Shown here in pieces: positions 40,210 through 51,413 of a DNA stretch of 64,000 nt (position 1 is the stretch's first letter; the number at the start of each line of letters is the position of its first letter). The DNA is from an uncultured delta proteobacterium (GTDB lineage Bacteria > Myxococcota_A > Polyangia > Fen-1088): assembly GCA_963796685.1 (NCBI GenBank), contig CAWCMR010000012.1, positions 1 to 64,000 on the forward strand, given 5' to 3'. A program made the translations under genes and the position numbers. The notes under the pieces are model-generated. The model was not told the DNA's origin and did no database searches. It saw only the letters and a list, made by a program, of their open reading frames with translations.

Positions 40210-41016
40210 TCAGTACCCCGTCGGGCAAGCCACCGTCGTGAGGGCTGTGACACAGTCTGTGACCCGGCTGCTGCCGCCAACCAGATTCAAGCAGCGGGTG
40301 AAGTCCGACTCGGTGCTCGGTGGCACCAGGCAATCGAGCATCCCGGTACACTTGGTGGCCAGCGAGTTGCCGTTGCCGTCGTTGCAAGCGCTGCACGGCG
40401 CGGCGGTTCCCGCGGCATAGCCGTCGCTGATGATTTGTGTGATGCAATTGCCGGCATCCGGCGAGCCGCCGTCGCGACCGGGCTCTGGCGCGGGCTCGGG
40501 GCCCGGCTCGGGACCTGGCTCGCGACCGGGCTCGGGTCCCGATTCGGCGCCTGCTTCTGTGCCCGGCTCCGCGCCAGCCTCGGGAGCAAGGTCCGCCGAC
40601 GCGTTCGGCGCGTCACCTACGCCTTGATCGCGGCCGCCGACTTCGACGGCAGGTGCGATGTCATTGCCTCCGGAATCGCTCCGGGTGTCCGGTGCGCTGG
40701 TCGTATCGCTGCGCACGTCGGTCACGATGGGGCTGTCCGATGTCGTCGAGGGTGGATCGCCCGCCGCATCCGCCGCATCGGCCACGGAGAGGTCGGGCGT
40801 GGAAGGTCCGTCCCGTAAAACCGCGCCATCGCGACCGGGCTCGGGCGCCGGAGCTCGGCCGGGCTCGTCCGAGCAAGTCGACGTCTTCGCGCATGCCTCT
40901 ACGTCGGCGGGCTTGGAAAGATTCACACAACCGAAGGAAGTCAGCGCCGACAGGAAGAGCACCATGTTCGTCGAGTGCACACATGCTGAAGGCAATCTCG
41001 AGTCATCGAAGGTCAT
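40210..41016 (-). CDS. Lipoprotein with Pro/Glu (EPG) repeats and a Cys-rich C-terminal domain
   Basis: Lipobox TSFGC, EPGREPGPEPGPEP repeats, several C-terminal Cys. Confidence 0.65.
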   Translation of the reverse strand: MTFDDSRLPSACVHSTNMVLFLSALTSFGCVNLSKPADVEACAKTSTCSDEPGRAPAPEPGRDGAVLRDGPSTPDLSVADAADAAGDPPSTTSDSPIVTDVRSDTTSAPDTRSDSGGNDIAPAVEVGGRDQGVGDAPNASADLAPEAGAEPGTEAGAESGPEPGREPGPEPGPEPAPEPGRDGGSPDAGNCITQIISDGYAAGTAAPCSACNDGNGNSLATKCTGMLDCLVPPSTESDFTRCLNLVGGSSRVTDCVTALTTVACPTGY

Positions 41017-41156
41017 GCGTTACTCTCCATTCGATATAGAGTTATGATCAAGCGCAGGCAATTTGTGAAGACCCAATCGCGGGCAAACCGCGCCACGCCC
41101 TTTCAGTACCGCCGCCGGGCCGATGGCCCGGACCCTTCGGTCATGAAACGTGACAG

Positions 41157-41222
41157 CCCCTCACCCGCCTCGCTGCGCTCGGCGACCTCTCCCCGCTTCG
41201 CTTCGCTACGCGGGGCGAGGTG
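41157..41222. repeat. REP-like palindromic element
   Basis: CCCCTCACCCGCCTCGCTGCGCTCGGCGACCTCTCCCCGC...GCGGGGCGAGGTG with nested hairpins, intergenic. Resembles a widespread short palindromic repeat. Confidence 0.55.
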
Positions 41223-41336
41223 TTTCAGGTCAGGGAGCTGGGCAACGGCAGAAGCAGACACCAAGTCGGCGAGATGGAAACAGGGCGCTGGTGCCACTGC
41301 ATTTAGCCGGAATCGAATGAAGGAGAAGTCAGAACG

Positions 41337-43668
41337 ATGAAGTATCAGACGGCGCTCGCAGGCATCTTGTGGTTGTCAACCATCGCTGCATGTGCTCAGA
41401 ACGGTGGAGGCAATGGCACGGCGGGCTCGGGCGGGACAAGCGGGGGCGCGCCGGGCGGGACGAGTGGGGGCGCGTCGGGCGGCGCGACGACGTTTGGTGG
41501 CGCGACCGGAAGTGGGGGTAAGGCCACCGGCGGCACCTCGGCGAGCGGTGGGAACGCTTCCGGCGGCACGACCGCATCGGGCGGTGCCACCGGCGGTACC
41601 TCGGCGAGCGGTGGGAACGCTTCCGGCGGCACGACTGCATCGGGCGGCGCCACCGGCGGCAGCGGATCCGGCGGCAGCACGCGGACCGGCGGCACGGTTG
41701 GCAGCGGCGGCACGACCGCCGGTGGCACGACGGGGACGTCGACCTCGATTCCTCCCTCCGTCGACAAGCCCAGCGTCGACACCACCTGGGACCAGGGTTT
41801 GAAGACGAGCGCGAACGGCGCCATCCCGTGGATCGTCGTCGACCAGTTCGGCTACCGCACCCAGGCCCAGAAGGTGGCCGTCATCCGCTCGCCGCAGACC
41901 GGCTACGACAGCACCGCGACCTTCACGCCGGGAACCAAGTACTCGGTGGTGGACAAGTCCACCGGCAAGTCGGTCAAGGACGGCGAGCCGGTCGCCTGGA
42001 ACGGTGGCGCCACCGACGCGTCGTCCGGCGACAAGGCGTGGCGGTTCGACTTCTCCGACGTCACCGCACCCGGTACATACACCGTCCGGGACAACGACAA
42101 GAACGTCCGCTCGGTGGAGTTCGACATCGACGACAACGTGTACCGCAGCGTGCTCAAGCACGCCGTGCGCATGTTCTATTACCAGCGCGCCGGGATCGCG
42201 AAGACCGCGGCCTACGCCGGCGCCGACTGGACCGACAGCGCCTGCCTGATGGGCGCAGGACAGGATTCGCAAGCCCACGCGTGGCTGGCCAAGACCGACG
42301 AGACCCAGGTCCGCGATCTGCACGGCGGTTGGTTCGACGCCGGGGACACCAACCGCTACACCGCGTGGGCCGCCGGCACCGTCATCACGCTCCTGCACGC
42401 GTTCGCCGAGAACCCATCGGCCTTCGCCGACGACTACAACATCCCCGAGTCCGGCAACGGGATTCCCGATCTGCTCGACGAGATCAAGTACGCCATCGAC
42501 TGGGTCGTGCGCATGCAGAACCCCGACGGTTCCATGCTGTGCATTCTCGGGTCGGACGCGGCCAGTCCGGTATCCGCCGCCACCAAGCCGAGCTATTACG
42601 GCCCGGCGACCACCAACGCCAGCCTGATGAGCGCGGCCATGTTCGCCTATGCCAGCACGATCTACGGGGCACGGTCCGAGGCGAGCCTCGAGACCTTCGC
42701 CGCCGACCTCAAGTCGCGCGCCACCAAGGCGTGGACCTGGGCGGACGCGAATCCCAGCGTCATCTACTACAACAACGACGAGAGCAAGCAGGTCGGATTC
42801 GAGCGGGCTCGGCGCCGGCGATCAGGAAGTCGACGACGCCGGCCGCTTGTTCTCGAAGCTCCAGGCGGCCGTCTACCTGTACGAACTGACGGGCGATGCC
42901 ACCTACAAGAGCTTTGCGGAGTCGAACTGGAACAAGGTCCTCGACTCCAGCGGCCCGAGCGAGTGGGACATGGAGAAGGCGGACACCGTGATGCACCTGG
43001 CGCAGCTCCCGGGCGTCACGGCGAGCGTCGCCTCCGCCATCACCAGCCAGGTGACCACCAACGTCGGCAACCAGCTAGCCGCCGTCACCGGCAGCAAAGA
43101 TCCGTACCGCGCCTACCTGAAGGACTACACGTGGGGAAGCAACCAGATCAAGATGGCCCAGGGACGGCTCTACCAGCACCTGGCCAAGGCCGGGGCGGGC
43201 GACAACGCGGCCAAGGCGACCGCGGCTGCCGAGGACTACGTCCACTACCTCCACGGGGTGAACCCGCTCGGCATGGTGTACCTGACCAACATGCAGAGGG
43301 CCGGGGCCGAGCATTTCGCCACGAGCATCTTCCATTCGTGGTTCGCGGACAAGTCGCCGAAGTGGGACACGACCACGGCCACCACCCCGGGCCCTGCGCC
43401 AGGATTCGTGCCTGGGGGGCCCAACAACAACGGCTTCGCCCCTGATAGCTGCTGTACGGCCCCGCAAGGCGATCCCGCGTACCAGTGCTACGGATCGAGC
43501 GACTTCGCCCTGTGCAGCCAGAACTGGGATCCGCCCATGAACCAGCCGCAACAGAAGTCGTACCTCGACTACAACGGCGGCTGGCCGGTGGGCTCCTGGC
43601 CGATCACGGAGCCCAGCACCGGCTACCAGGCGAAGTACGTTCTCGTGTTGTCGGCGTACGCGCGCTAG
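41337..43668 (+). CDS. GH9 glycoside hydrolase lipoprotein with Gly/Thr-rich tether and Ig-like (CelD_N) domain, frameshift near 42795
   Basis: IVVDQFGY, FYYQRAG, DLHGGWFDAGD, ESGNGIPDLLDE, YLHGVNPL, ITEPSTGYQA. Confidence 0.9.
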
Positions 43669-45020
43669 AACTGCGTGATGAACTTCCAGGCCTCGGTCGG
43701 AATCCAGTTGGTGCCGGATTCCGTGGAGACGTCCGTGTGCGGCCCGTTGAAGGTGCAGATCTTGGTGGGATAGCCCGCCTTGCACCCTGTGAAATCCACG
43801 CACAGGTGGTTGCCTGAGGTCCAGGTCGGGATGGTGCTCGGCACAGTGCAGCCGTTGTCGGTGCCGTGCTCGATGGCGATGTACTTCGAGCCTTGGGTCG
43901 TGCTGCTCCCGTTGACCCATGGGCACGTGGTGTCGCTCATGCCGGTGGTTTGCATCCAGGCGATGGGCGCGTGGGTCTTGGTTGGTACGTAGATGTTGTA
44001 GTTGGCAGGGGCGATGCCCACGGCCGCGCGAAGATCCTTCTGGTGGTCCACCGAGAGGCTATAGGTTTCCATCCCTCCGAAGCTGAATCCGATCGAGAAG
44101 ACACGCGATTCATCGATGCACAGCTCCGATTTGAATAGCTTGAGCATATCGTCGAAGAAGGTATGGTCCTTGTCGTCGCTCCTCCATGGCATTGAATCCG
44201 TGTAACCTTGGGGCGCAACGAAGATGCTGGTGTTTTCTTTGTCCTGCGCCTTGAGCCAGTAATACCCGTCGTTGTTGGCGCATTGGGTGTCGCTCGAGCC
44301 CATGCAATGAAAGTTGAAGATCAATCGGTACGGCTTGTTCGCGTCGTAACTGCTCGGGATGTACATGATGTATTCCCGACTCAGGCTGGCACTGGTCATC
44401 TTGTAGGTGGTGTTGGCGCCGCTCTTGAATGTCGAAAGAGCATTGCCACAACCGGCGCTGGGAACGGCGGGATTTCCAAGAGGATACTCGCCCGCGGTAC
44501 CGGTTGTGCCGCCCGCGGTACCGGTTGTGCCGCCCGTGGTACCGGTTGTGCCGCCGGGTACGTTGCCGCCGGTCGTGCCGCCCGAGCCGCTTCCGGTCGT
44601 GCCGCCCGCGGGTCTTCCAGTCGTGCCGCCCGAGCTGCTTCCGCCCGAGCCGCTTCCGGTCGTGCCGCCCGCGGGTCTTCCAGTCGTGCCGCCCGAGCTG
44701 CTTCCGCCCGAGCCGCTTCCGGTCGTGCCGCCCGAGCCGCTTCCGGTCGCGCCGCCAGTACCGCTTTCGGTGGTGCCGCCGGAGCCTTTTACAATCGAAC
44801 CGCCGACTCCACCTTCGGTCGCACCACCGGTCCCGGATTTGGTTCCACCGGTACCGACAGATCCACCAGTACCGGCACCCCCTGTGCCACTGGATTTACC
44901 CCCTGTGCTGCTGGCGCCGCCGGTCCCCGAAGCAACGGGTGAGGCAGTGCCGCTGCAGGCCGAGAAAAGGCCGAGGGTCGCCACTAGAAGGAGCCTGCTT
45001 GCAAAGTTCAGTGCTCGCAT
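43665..45020 (-). CDS. Alpha/beta-hydrolase (CE1/feruloyl esterase-like) lipoprotein with Gly/Thr-rich tether
   Basis: Lipobox FSACS, CIDESRVFSIGFSFGG nucleophile elbow, FNGPH. Confidence 0.82.
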   Translation of the reverse strand: MRALNFASRLLLVATLGLFSACSGTASPVASGTGGASSTGGKSSGTGGAGTGGSVGTGGTKSGTGGATEGGVGGSIVKGSGGTTESGTGGATGSGSGGTTGSGSGGSSSGGTTGRPAGGTTGSGSGGSSSGGTTGRPAGGTTGSGSGGTTGGNVPGGTTGTTGGTTGTAGGTTGTAGEYPLGNPAVPSAGCGNALSTFKSGANTTYKMTSASLSREYIMYIPSSYDANKPYRLIFNFHCMGSSDTQCANNDGYYWLKAQDKENTSIFVAPQGYTDSMPWRSDDKDHTFFDDMLKLFKSELCIDESRVFSIGFSFGGMETYSLSVDHQKDLRAAVGIAPANYNIYVPTKTHAPIAWMQTTGMSDTTCPWVNGSSTTQGSKYIAIEHGTDNGCTVPSTIPTWTSGNHLCVDFTGCKAGYPTKICTFNGPHTDVSTESGTNWIPTEAWKFITQF

Positions 45021-45296
45021 ATCAATCTTCCTCCATGGATTTGGGGATCGGCGATGCCTCTCAGCCCAGAGCCGACATCGGGTCCATTCGTGTTCAGTGC
45101 CACGAGGTTGCTAGATCGGCTCACAGAAAGCAAGCGATGCGCGGATGCCCTGATCCTGCGACAAGAAGAGCGACAGCGCGGAAGGTACGTCGTCGACGGC
45201 AGTGACAACGGCCACGATCACGCCCTTCTGTCGCTATCGCGGGACCATGGTCTGGTGCTACACTCCTCGGTAGTATCGTCAGCGAGGGACGGCGAC

Positions 45297-46544
45297 ATGC
45301 TAATCAGTAAAGTTGTTCTCCTGGCCGAGCTTGCGGCGATCCTTGCGGGCTGCAGCGGAACGAACAAGCCGGGAAGCGCGCCAGGCAGCGGAGGCGCTTT
45401 CGCCCACGGAGGTTCTCCCGGCCTCGACGGCGGGGGCAATCCGCAGGGCGGCGCAGGAAGCCTCGGGACGGGGGGAGCGAGCGGAAGTGCGGGAGGCGAT
45501 GCCGAAGGAGCAGACGCGTCATCTGCGGTAGACGCGCCGATAGGCGGGGGAGGCGCCACGGGCGGTTCCGCAGGTGCGCGCACCGGAAGCGGTGGTGGCA
45601 TCTCGGCGGGTGGCGGGGCGTTCGGAACCGGTGGCAGCGACGGCGGCGGTGGTATGGCAGTCGGCGGCTTTGCCACTGGCGGTCTGTCCGGTGGTGGGGG
45701 CGGCGGCGCGGCCGGAGCCGGCGGGGCCAGCGCAAGCGGTGGTCGGGTCGGCACTGGCGGGGCCAGCACGACCGGAGGCGCCGACGGTACAGGGGGAAGC
45801 TCCGGCACTGGCGGGGCCAGCGCGACCGGAGGCGCCGGCGGTACAGGGGGAAGCTCCGGCACTGGCGGGGCCAGCGCGACCGGAGGCGCCAGCGGCACAG
45901 GCGGAGCCGCTGGCAACGGAGCCGCGAGCGCATCCTGGGACTTCGCCACCGATAGCGAAGGTTGGCTGGGCGGCTTCAGCGACTATCCCCCGGACATCGG
46001 GACCGGCTACAATCTGCAGTTCGAGTGGTCGGCGTTGCCCGCCGAGGTCGGCCCTGGCGGGGGCCTCCTGATGAGTGGCAACAACCACAGCGACGACCTC
46101 TTCATGTTCATCAAGCGCCAAATCACCGGCCTTGCGCAAAGCACTCAGTACTTGCTCGACGTGACGGTCATCCTGGACAGCAACGCTCCAGCGACCTGCG
46201 GCGGGGCCGGCGGGGCCCCGGGCGAAAGTGTATTCGTCAAGATCGGCGCCGTGCCCTTCGAACCCCTGAGCTCGGTCAATTCGGCGGGCATGCTGACCAT
46301 GAATCTGGACAAGGGCAACCAGTCGGTCGGAGGTGCCGACATGAAGGTGGTGGGAAACATCTCCAATACCCTGCCCTGTCCGAGCGCGACCTACCAAGCC
46401 AAGACGCTCTCCCTCACCGGGTTCAGCGTGCGCAGCGCCAGTGACGGAACCCTGTGGCTCGTCATCGGCACCGATTCGGGATTCGAGGGCATCACGACCC
46501 TCTACTACGCTCACATCTCGGCCAGCCTGACCCCGAGTCCGTAA
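45297..46544 (+). CDS. Gly-rich lipoprotein with a ~200-aa C-terminal globular domain of unknown function
   Basis: Lipobox ILAGC, Gly repeats, then WDFATDSEGW...GNNHSDDLFMF...NLDKGNQS...GTDSGFEG. Confidence 0.75.
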   Translation: MLISKVVLLAELAAILAGCSGTNKPGSAPGSGGAFAHGGSPGLDGGGNPQGGAGSLGTGGASGSAGGDAEGADASSAVDAPIGGGGATGGSAGARTGSGGGISAGGGAFGTGGSDGGGGMAVGGFATGGLSGGGGGGAAGAGGASASGGRVGTGGASTTGGADGTGGSSGTGGASATGGAGGTGGSSGTGGASATGGASGTGGAAGNGAASASWDFATDSEGWLGGFSDYPPDIGTGYNLQFEWSALPAEVGPGGGLLMSGNNHSDDLFMFIKRQITGLAQSTQYLLDVTVILDSNAPATCGGAGGAPGESVFVKIGAVPFEPLSSVNSAGMLTMNLDKGNQSVGGADMKVVGNISNTLPCPSATYQAKTLSLTGFSVRSASDGTLWLVIGTDSGFEGITTLYYAHISASLTPSP

Positions 46545-46725
46545 TCGCGCGCCTTTGATTCCGCGGTGGGCACGATACCGGTTGTGATCGCCGCTACTCG
46601 CCAGACCAGAGCACGATGAGGGCTTCTACCGCTATAGAAGCCCGGATGTTGAGGGGGCACCGATTGCCATCTTGGTCGCGCTCGCACCTGCAAACATACC
46701 AAGATCCAGACGCCTCTCTCGCTGG

Positions 46726-48019
46726 ATGGGCTGGATGGCGGCTCTGTGTGCATTTCTCGTGGTTGCGGGTGCGATGAATGGATGCTCGAAGCACTCGGGC
46801 CTGACCATCGGGGGTACCGGGGGAGAATACGGCGACGGCGGCAAGATCGGCGTCGACAGCGACGTGGCGGACCATGGAGACGGGGGGGCAGGAGGGAACG
46901 GAGGCGCCACAAATACGGGAGGGGGAAATGCGAGCTTTGGCGGCAGCGTGGCTATGGGCGGCTTCGGCGTGGCCGGAACGACAGGAGGAGCAGGAAACAC
47001 AGGTGGGGCACCCTCCACGGACGTCACCACCTCTGGCACGACGATCGTCAATTGCTCTGGACCTTACAGTACCAATAATGGCTCTATCAACGCGTTGCCA
47101 GTGAGCGCGGATGCATCCTGCGCTGGAGGCTGTTCGGCAATTTCGCCGTCCTCGGCCGTCTGCACAGATCGCGGGTGTTTGGTCACTCTCGCCTTTTGCC
47201 AAAGTGGTCCGTCGGGCATTGCGGCAGACGCCAACAATGTATATTGGACAGGAGCCGATAGCGATGGAGGAGCCGATAACGGAGTCTTATACAAGGTCTC
47301 TCGTATGGGTGGACCTCCGGTTGTCCTCGCTAAAGATTCAACGATGAGCAATATTCTCGCTGTTGACTCTGCGAACATTTACTGGAACGGCTCCTTGAAA
47401 ATACTCAAGGTTTCTTTGGACGGGAGCGCTTCATCGGCTCTGGTAGAGGCCGGTGCCGGTGGAATCGCGGTTGACGGCTCTTTCCTATATTGGACTCTGG
47501 ACTAACTCAACTGACGGAGTTGTACTCAAGGTTCCTCTAGGTGGCGGCGCCCCGGTAATGGTAGCCTCCGGACAGAACCGGCCAACGGCGATCGCCGCGG
47601 ACGCCGCGAACGTCTACTGGACCAACTACAATGCCGTGATGAAAATGCCAGTGGCTGGCGGCAAGGTGAGCAAGCTCGCTGACGCAGATTCCAGCGGCAG
47701 GCCTTTCATGGTCGCCATCGATGCGACGAACCTGTACTATGCTGCCGAGTCCACCGGCGCCGTGGTCAAGGTGCCGTTCGATGGCAGCGCACCCACGACT
47801 ATCGCAAGTGGCCAGCAGACGCCGAGTGGCATCGTGGTGGCTGGAGCCAACGTATATTGGCCCGCCAGTAACGGGATCATCACGGTGCCAATTGAGGGCG
47901 GTGCGCCTGTCGTCTTCGCACTGCCGCTCTCTCCCAAAGGTGGCTTCCAGTCCCCGCGAGGTATTGCCGCGTACGGGTCAACGGTGTTTTGGATCGATCA
48001 ACCCAGCCCAATCCTGTGA
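46726..48019 (+). CDS. Lipoprotein with beta-propeller repeats (IAxDxxNVYWT), frameshift near 47495
   Basis: Repeated GIA.D...VYW...V.KVP..GG units in ORFs 46672-47505 and 47453-48019. Confidence 0.72.
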
Positions 48020-48136
48020 CGCCAGCGTGCCGTAACCATCCGGTCCTGACCCTCTCGCGGGCGAGCTCCACGGAAGGCAGAATGGCGGAGACACGATCCG
48101 ACACCGCTCGCCCCTCGCGTCGGCAGCGTGCGCTGC

Positions 48137-48532
48137 TCAGGGGTGAATCACATGCAGGCTGAGCACGGCCTCGAACGGGTCAAAGTCGCGATCGTTGTGC
48201 AGCAGCTCGTGTCCCTCGCGCAAGCACAGCGTGGCGATCAGGCAGTCGATGGTCTTCCTGACCGTGTGGCCCCGCGCCCGCAAGCGGCGATAGTTGCGCG
48301 CCGATTCGACGGCCAAGTCCCTACCGCCTGTGTCGAACAGGTCGAAGGATGACATCTCCGCCAGCACATCGGTTGCATCCGCATCGCTGGACATCCCCTG
48401 CAAAATTTCGCACAAGATGAGGTCGCACGACCCCACGCGGGTCACGCCGAGAGCATGGTCCAGCCAGCGGGTTTGCGCCGTCCGTCGACCACGGAAGTAG
48501 TCAATCCAGACCGTGGTGTCGACGATGACCAC
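48137..48532 (-). CDS. vapC: PIN-domain toxin
   Basis: IVDTTVWID, EILQG, KTIDCLIA, LLHNDRDF. Confidence 0.92.
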   Translation of the reverse strand: MVIVDTTVWIDYFRGRRTAQTRWLDHALGVTRVGSCDLILCEILQGMSSDADATDVLAEMSSFDLFDTGGRDLAVESARNYRRLRARGHTVRKTIDCLIATLCLREGHELLHNDRDFDPFEAVLSLHVIHP

Positions 48533-48535
48533 GCG

Positions 48536-48742
48536 TTACCTGTGTGAGGTTCGCCCCATTCGCGTCCTGGCCAGATCGCCCGTCCACTTGACCCGGCCGT
48601 GTAGACGACGCGCACCTGCCTGTCGATGCAGCGACACCAGGCTGCGCAGCCCAGCTTCGACCACCGCCCGCTTGGTGGGGAGCCCGCTGGCAGCAAGGGC
48701 ATCCCGCATCAGGGTGTCGTCGATGACGATGTTGGTGCGCAT
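48536..48742 (-). CDS. vapB: VapB-family antitoxin
   Basis: MRTNIVIDDTLM...TKRAVVEAGL...VKWTGDL, directly upstream of vapC. Confidence 0.9.
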   Translation of the reverse strand: MRTNIVIDDTLMRDALAASGLPTKRAVVEAGLRSLVSLHRQAGARRLHGRVKWTGDLARTRMGRTSHR

Positions 48743-48751
48743 GTGTATAGA

Positions 48752-48777
48752 TTGACACTGCGATGTGTATCTGTCAA
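48752..48777 (-). promoter_or_regulatory. vapBC promoter/operator: TTGACA-N14-TGTCAA inverted repeat
   Basis: Dyad 9 bp upstream of the vapB ATG. The distal arm reads TTGACA on the coding strand. Confidence 0.55.
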
Positions 48778-48971
48778 AGGCTGGCCTCCGGAGCAGCGCT
48801 TCGATCGACGATGACGGAATCGATCTTGGCGGAACACGGGTCGGCCTGCGCGTGGCCCTTCGGGAACTTTCGTGTCGGGAAGTTTTGTGATATTTTAGCT
48901 CCTGTTTTCCCCTAGCTGCGATTCGATGCGCGTCGTGCGCCAGAGTCCGAACCGGACACGAAGAGGTCGAC

Positions 48972-50725
48972 ATGGTCAAAAGGAGACTTGGCGGGCTGCT
49001 GTTGAGCAGCGTGATTTTCGCGTGGGGCTGCAGTTCGAGCACCGTTCCTGCTGCTGGCGCTGGGGGGGAGGATCCCCGGGCGCTGGCGGGTCGAGCCAGC
49101 AGGGTAGGGGAGGTGGCGGTGGCGGCGGCACCACCGGATCGGGCGGGACCAGCTCCGGGAACGGTGGCTCGGCCACTACCTCGAGCTCGGCCACGGGCGG
49201 CAGCATGGGTGCAGGCACCACCGGCTCCGCCGGTATCGGCGGCTCGGGCGGGGCCGCCAGCTCGGGCGGAAGCACCAGCTCGGGCGGGGCCACGGGCTCG
49301 GGCGGAGCCACCAGCTCGGGCGGAACCACTGGCGCGGGCGGGATCGCCGGCCCGGGCGGCACGACCAGCGCGGGCGGTACAGCCACCGGTACGGGGAAGC
49401 CCGACGGCGCGGCAGGGGCCGACGGCGATGCGAGCATGACCGGCGGCGAGAGCGGCTCGCCCGACGCTGGCGCAGCAGACGCCGCTCCGGGCGTCCAGTA
49501 TGCGCCGTCGTGCACGGGCTCGGGCAAGACCTACTATGCCAGCCCATCCGGAGCCGGTACGGATTGCAGCGCGAGCTCTCCCTGTTCCCTGAGCACGGCC
49601 GCATCCAAGCCGAAGCCAGGGGACATCGTGTGCTTGCGCGGCGGCACCTACACGACCGCGCTGACCATCGACACGAAGGTGTCGGGCACCGCCACCAGCT
49701 GGATCACGTTTTCCGCCTACCCGGGAGAGCTGCCCATCATCAATGGTGGCGTGAGCATCCCTGGGCAGGCTTCGACCCACCTGCGCTTCAACGGGATCGC
49801 CACGCAGGGAGGGGGCAGCGGATTTGCCAATCCATTGACTCCGTCTGGCGCCAACGGTGCCTTGGAGTTCCTCAATTGCATTGCCGATATGAGCACGGAG
49901 AATGGCATCGGCTTCCATGGGGCCAGCGGCCTGCACGTGGCACAATGCATCGTCGCGCACACGGGAAGCAGTACGACGCACTCGTGGTCGAGCGGGGTCG
50001 ACCTCTGGTCGGTGCAAGGGACGCCCAAGGACAACATCATCGAGCGTACCATCTCGTTCGAGAACGTCGACATGCAATGCCACAGCGATGGCAATGGTTT
50101 CACCGTCGACGTGAACACCACGGGTGCCACGTTCGTCAACAACATCGGCTTTCGCAACGGTGGCTCGTGCATTCGCATCTGCGGCTCGTCCAACACAGTG
50201 ATGATCAACAACACGTGCTTCGGTAACGGGCTCGACCCGAAAGCCGGCAGTATCGTGACGAGCACGAGCTGCCCGATGGACATCCCGCCCCCGACCAAGC
50301 CTGGCGAGATATGGTTCGTCGACAGCACCACGACGCTCTCCGGTGCGCAGCTCTTCAACAACCTGACGGTCGCGGCGTCCGAGCAGATCGCCATCAACCG
50401 GACCCCGAGCGCAACGGGCAGCAACGTCGTCATCGACAAAGGAGGCGCAACGCCCTTCTTCAACGGCCCGCCCACCGACCTCACGTTGACCTCGGACGCG
50501 GTGAGCACTATCGTCGGCAAAGGCTCGGCGGAGCATGCGCCGGCCCTCGATATCGGGTTCGATCCGAAGTGCATCACCAACACGGTGCCCAGCGGAGCCG
50601 GCGTGCAATCCTGGTGGAAGTACTCGATCGATTACAACTACATCCGGACCATCGGCGGCACCGTCAACTGTTTCCATCCCAAGACCCGCACGGGCAACCC
50701 CGATATCGGCGCATACGGTTATTGA
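48972..50725 (+). CDS. Gly-rich lipoprotein with right-handed parallel beta-helix (pectin lyase-like) domain, frameshift near 49065
   Basis: Lipobox AWGC, YYASPSG, PGDIVCLRGGTY, AYPGELPII, SDGNG, NNTCFGN, PDIGAY. Confidence 0.78.
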
Positions 50726-50785
50726 TGGTCGCCGCCTCGACCTCCTGGCGACATGCCGGGGATCCGAGAAATTTCGTCGACCATT

Positions 50786-51406
50786 TTAGCCAGCGTGCAG
50801 GCGGAAGCAGTGCGAGCTGGAGCCGGGACGCCCGTGCATGGCGTAGGCCGTGGCCGTGCAGCCGCCTCGGCAACGACGAGCCTCTTCGCAACCGGCACAC
50901 GCGCCGGACAACTGTTCGGGCGTGTAGTGGTGGTTGTAGCGGAAGCGCTGCGGGTCGTTCCAGATGGTCGCCAGCGACTCCTGCCGTACCTGACCCTCGG
51001 TGCAGACGTCGGGAAGGGCCAGACAGCCTTTCACGCGCCCGTCGCTGGTGATGCCAAGGGCATCAAGCCCGGCACGGCATCCGAGCCATGGGCGAGGAAA
51101 GCCCCCCTGGACGGTGCGCAACAGCAGATCGTCCGGCGTGCAGTAGCCGAGGTTGTCGGTGATGTGCGGGCGCAGACCGCGCCGACACGCCAGTCTGCGC
51201 AGGACGCGCAACAACTCGGGCATGAGGGTTGGCGAGGCTACCAGATGCCGGTTCTTCTCGGCGCGACCGACGGGCAAGGTCAATTGCAACTGCCAGCCCA
51301 GCACGCCAGCGTCTTCGAGCAAGGGCGCGAGGGCCTCGAGCTCCCCCAAGTTGCCCTGGTTCACCTGACTGGTCACGCCCACCTTGAGTCGGGAGCCGTT
51401 TGACAC
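50786..51406 (-). pseudogene. C-terminal half of a radical SAM/SPASM protein (no CxxxCxxC motif)
   Basis: GCRAG...ITSDGRVKGC...CAGC...CRGGC...HC SPASM cysteines. N-terminal barrel is missing. Confidence 0.7.
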
Positions 51407-51413
51407 CAGCCTG

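Noticed and set aside
1-49100. Many frameshifted genes (Cys-rich proteins, GH94, MFS, Rieske, RT, inner RitA, GH9, propeller and beta-helix lipoproteins) as true pseudogenes or programmed frameshifts
   Set aside because: Isolated 1-bp indels in otherwise intact genes with no shared slippery motif are most simply long-read or assembly errors. Read polishing is needed to decide.
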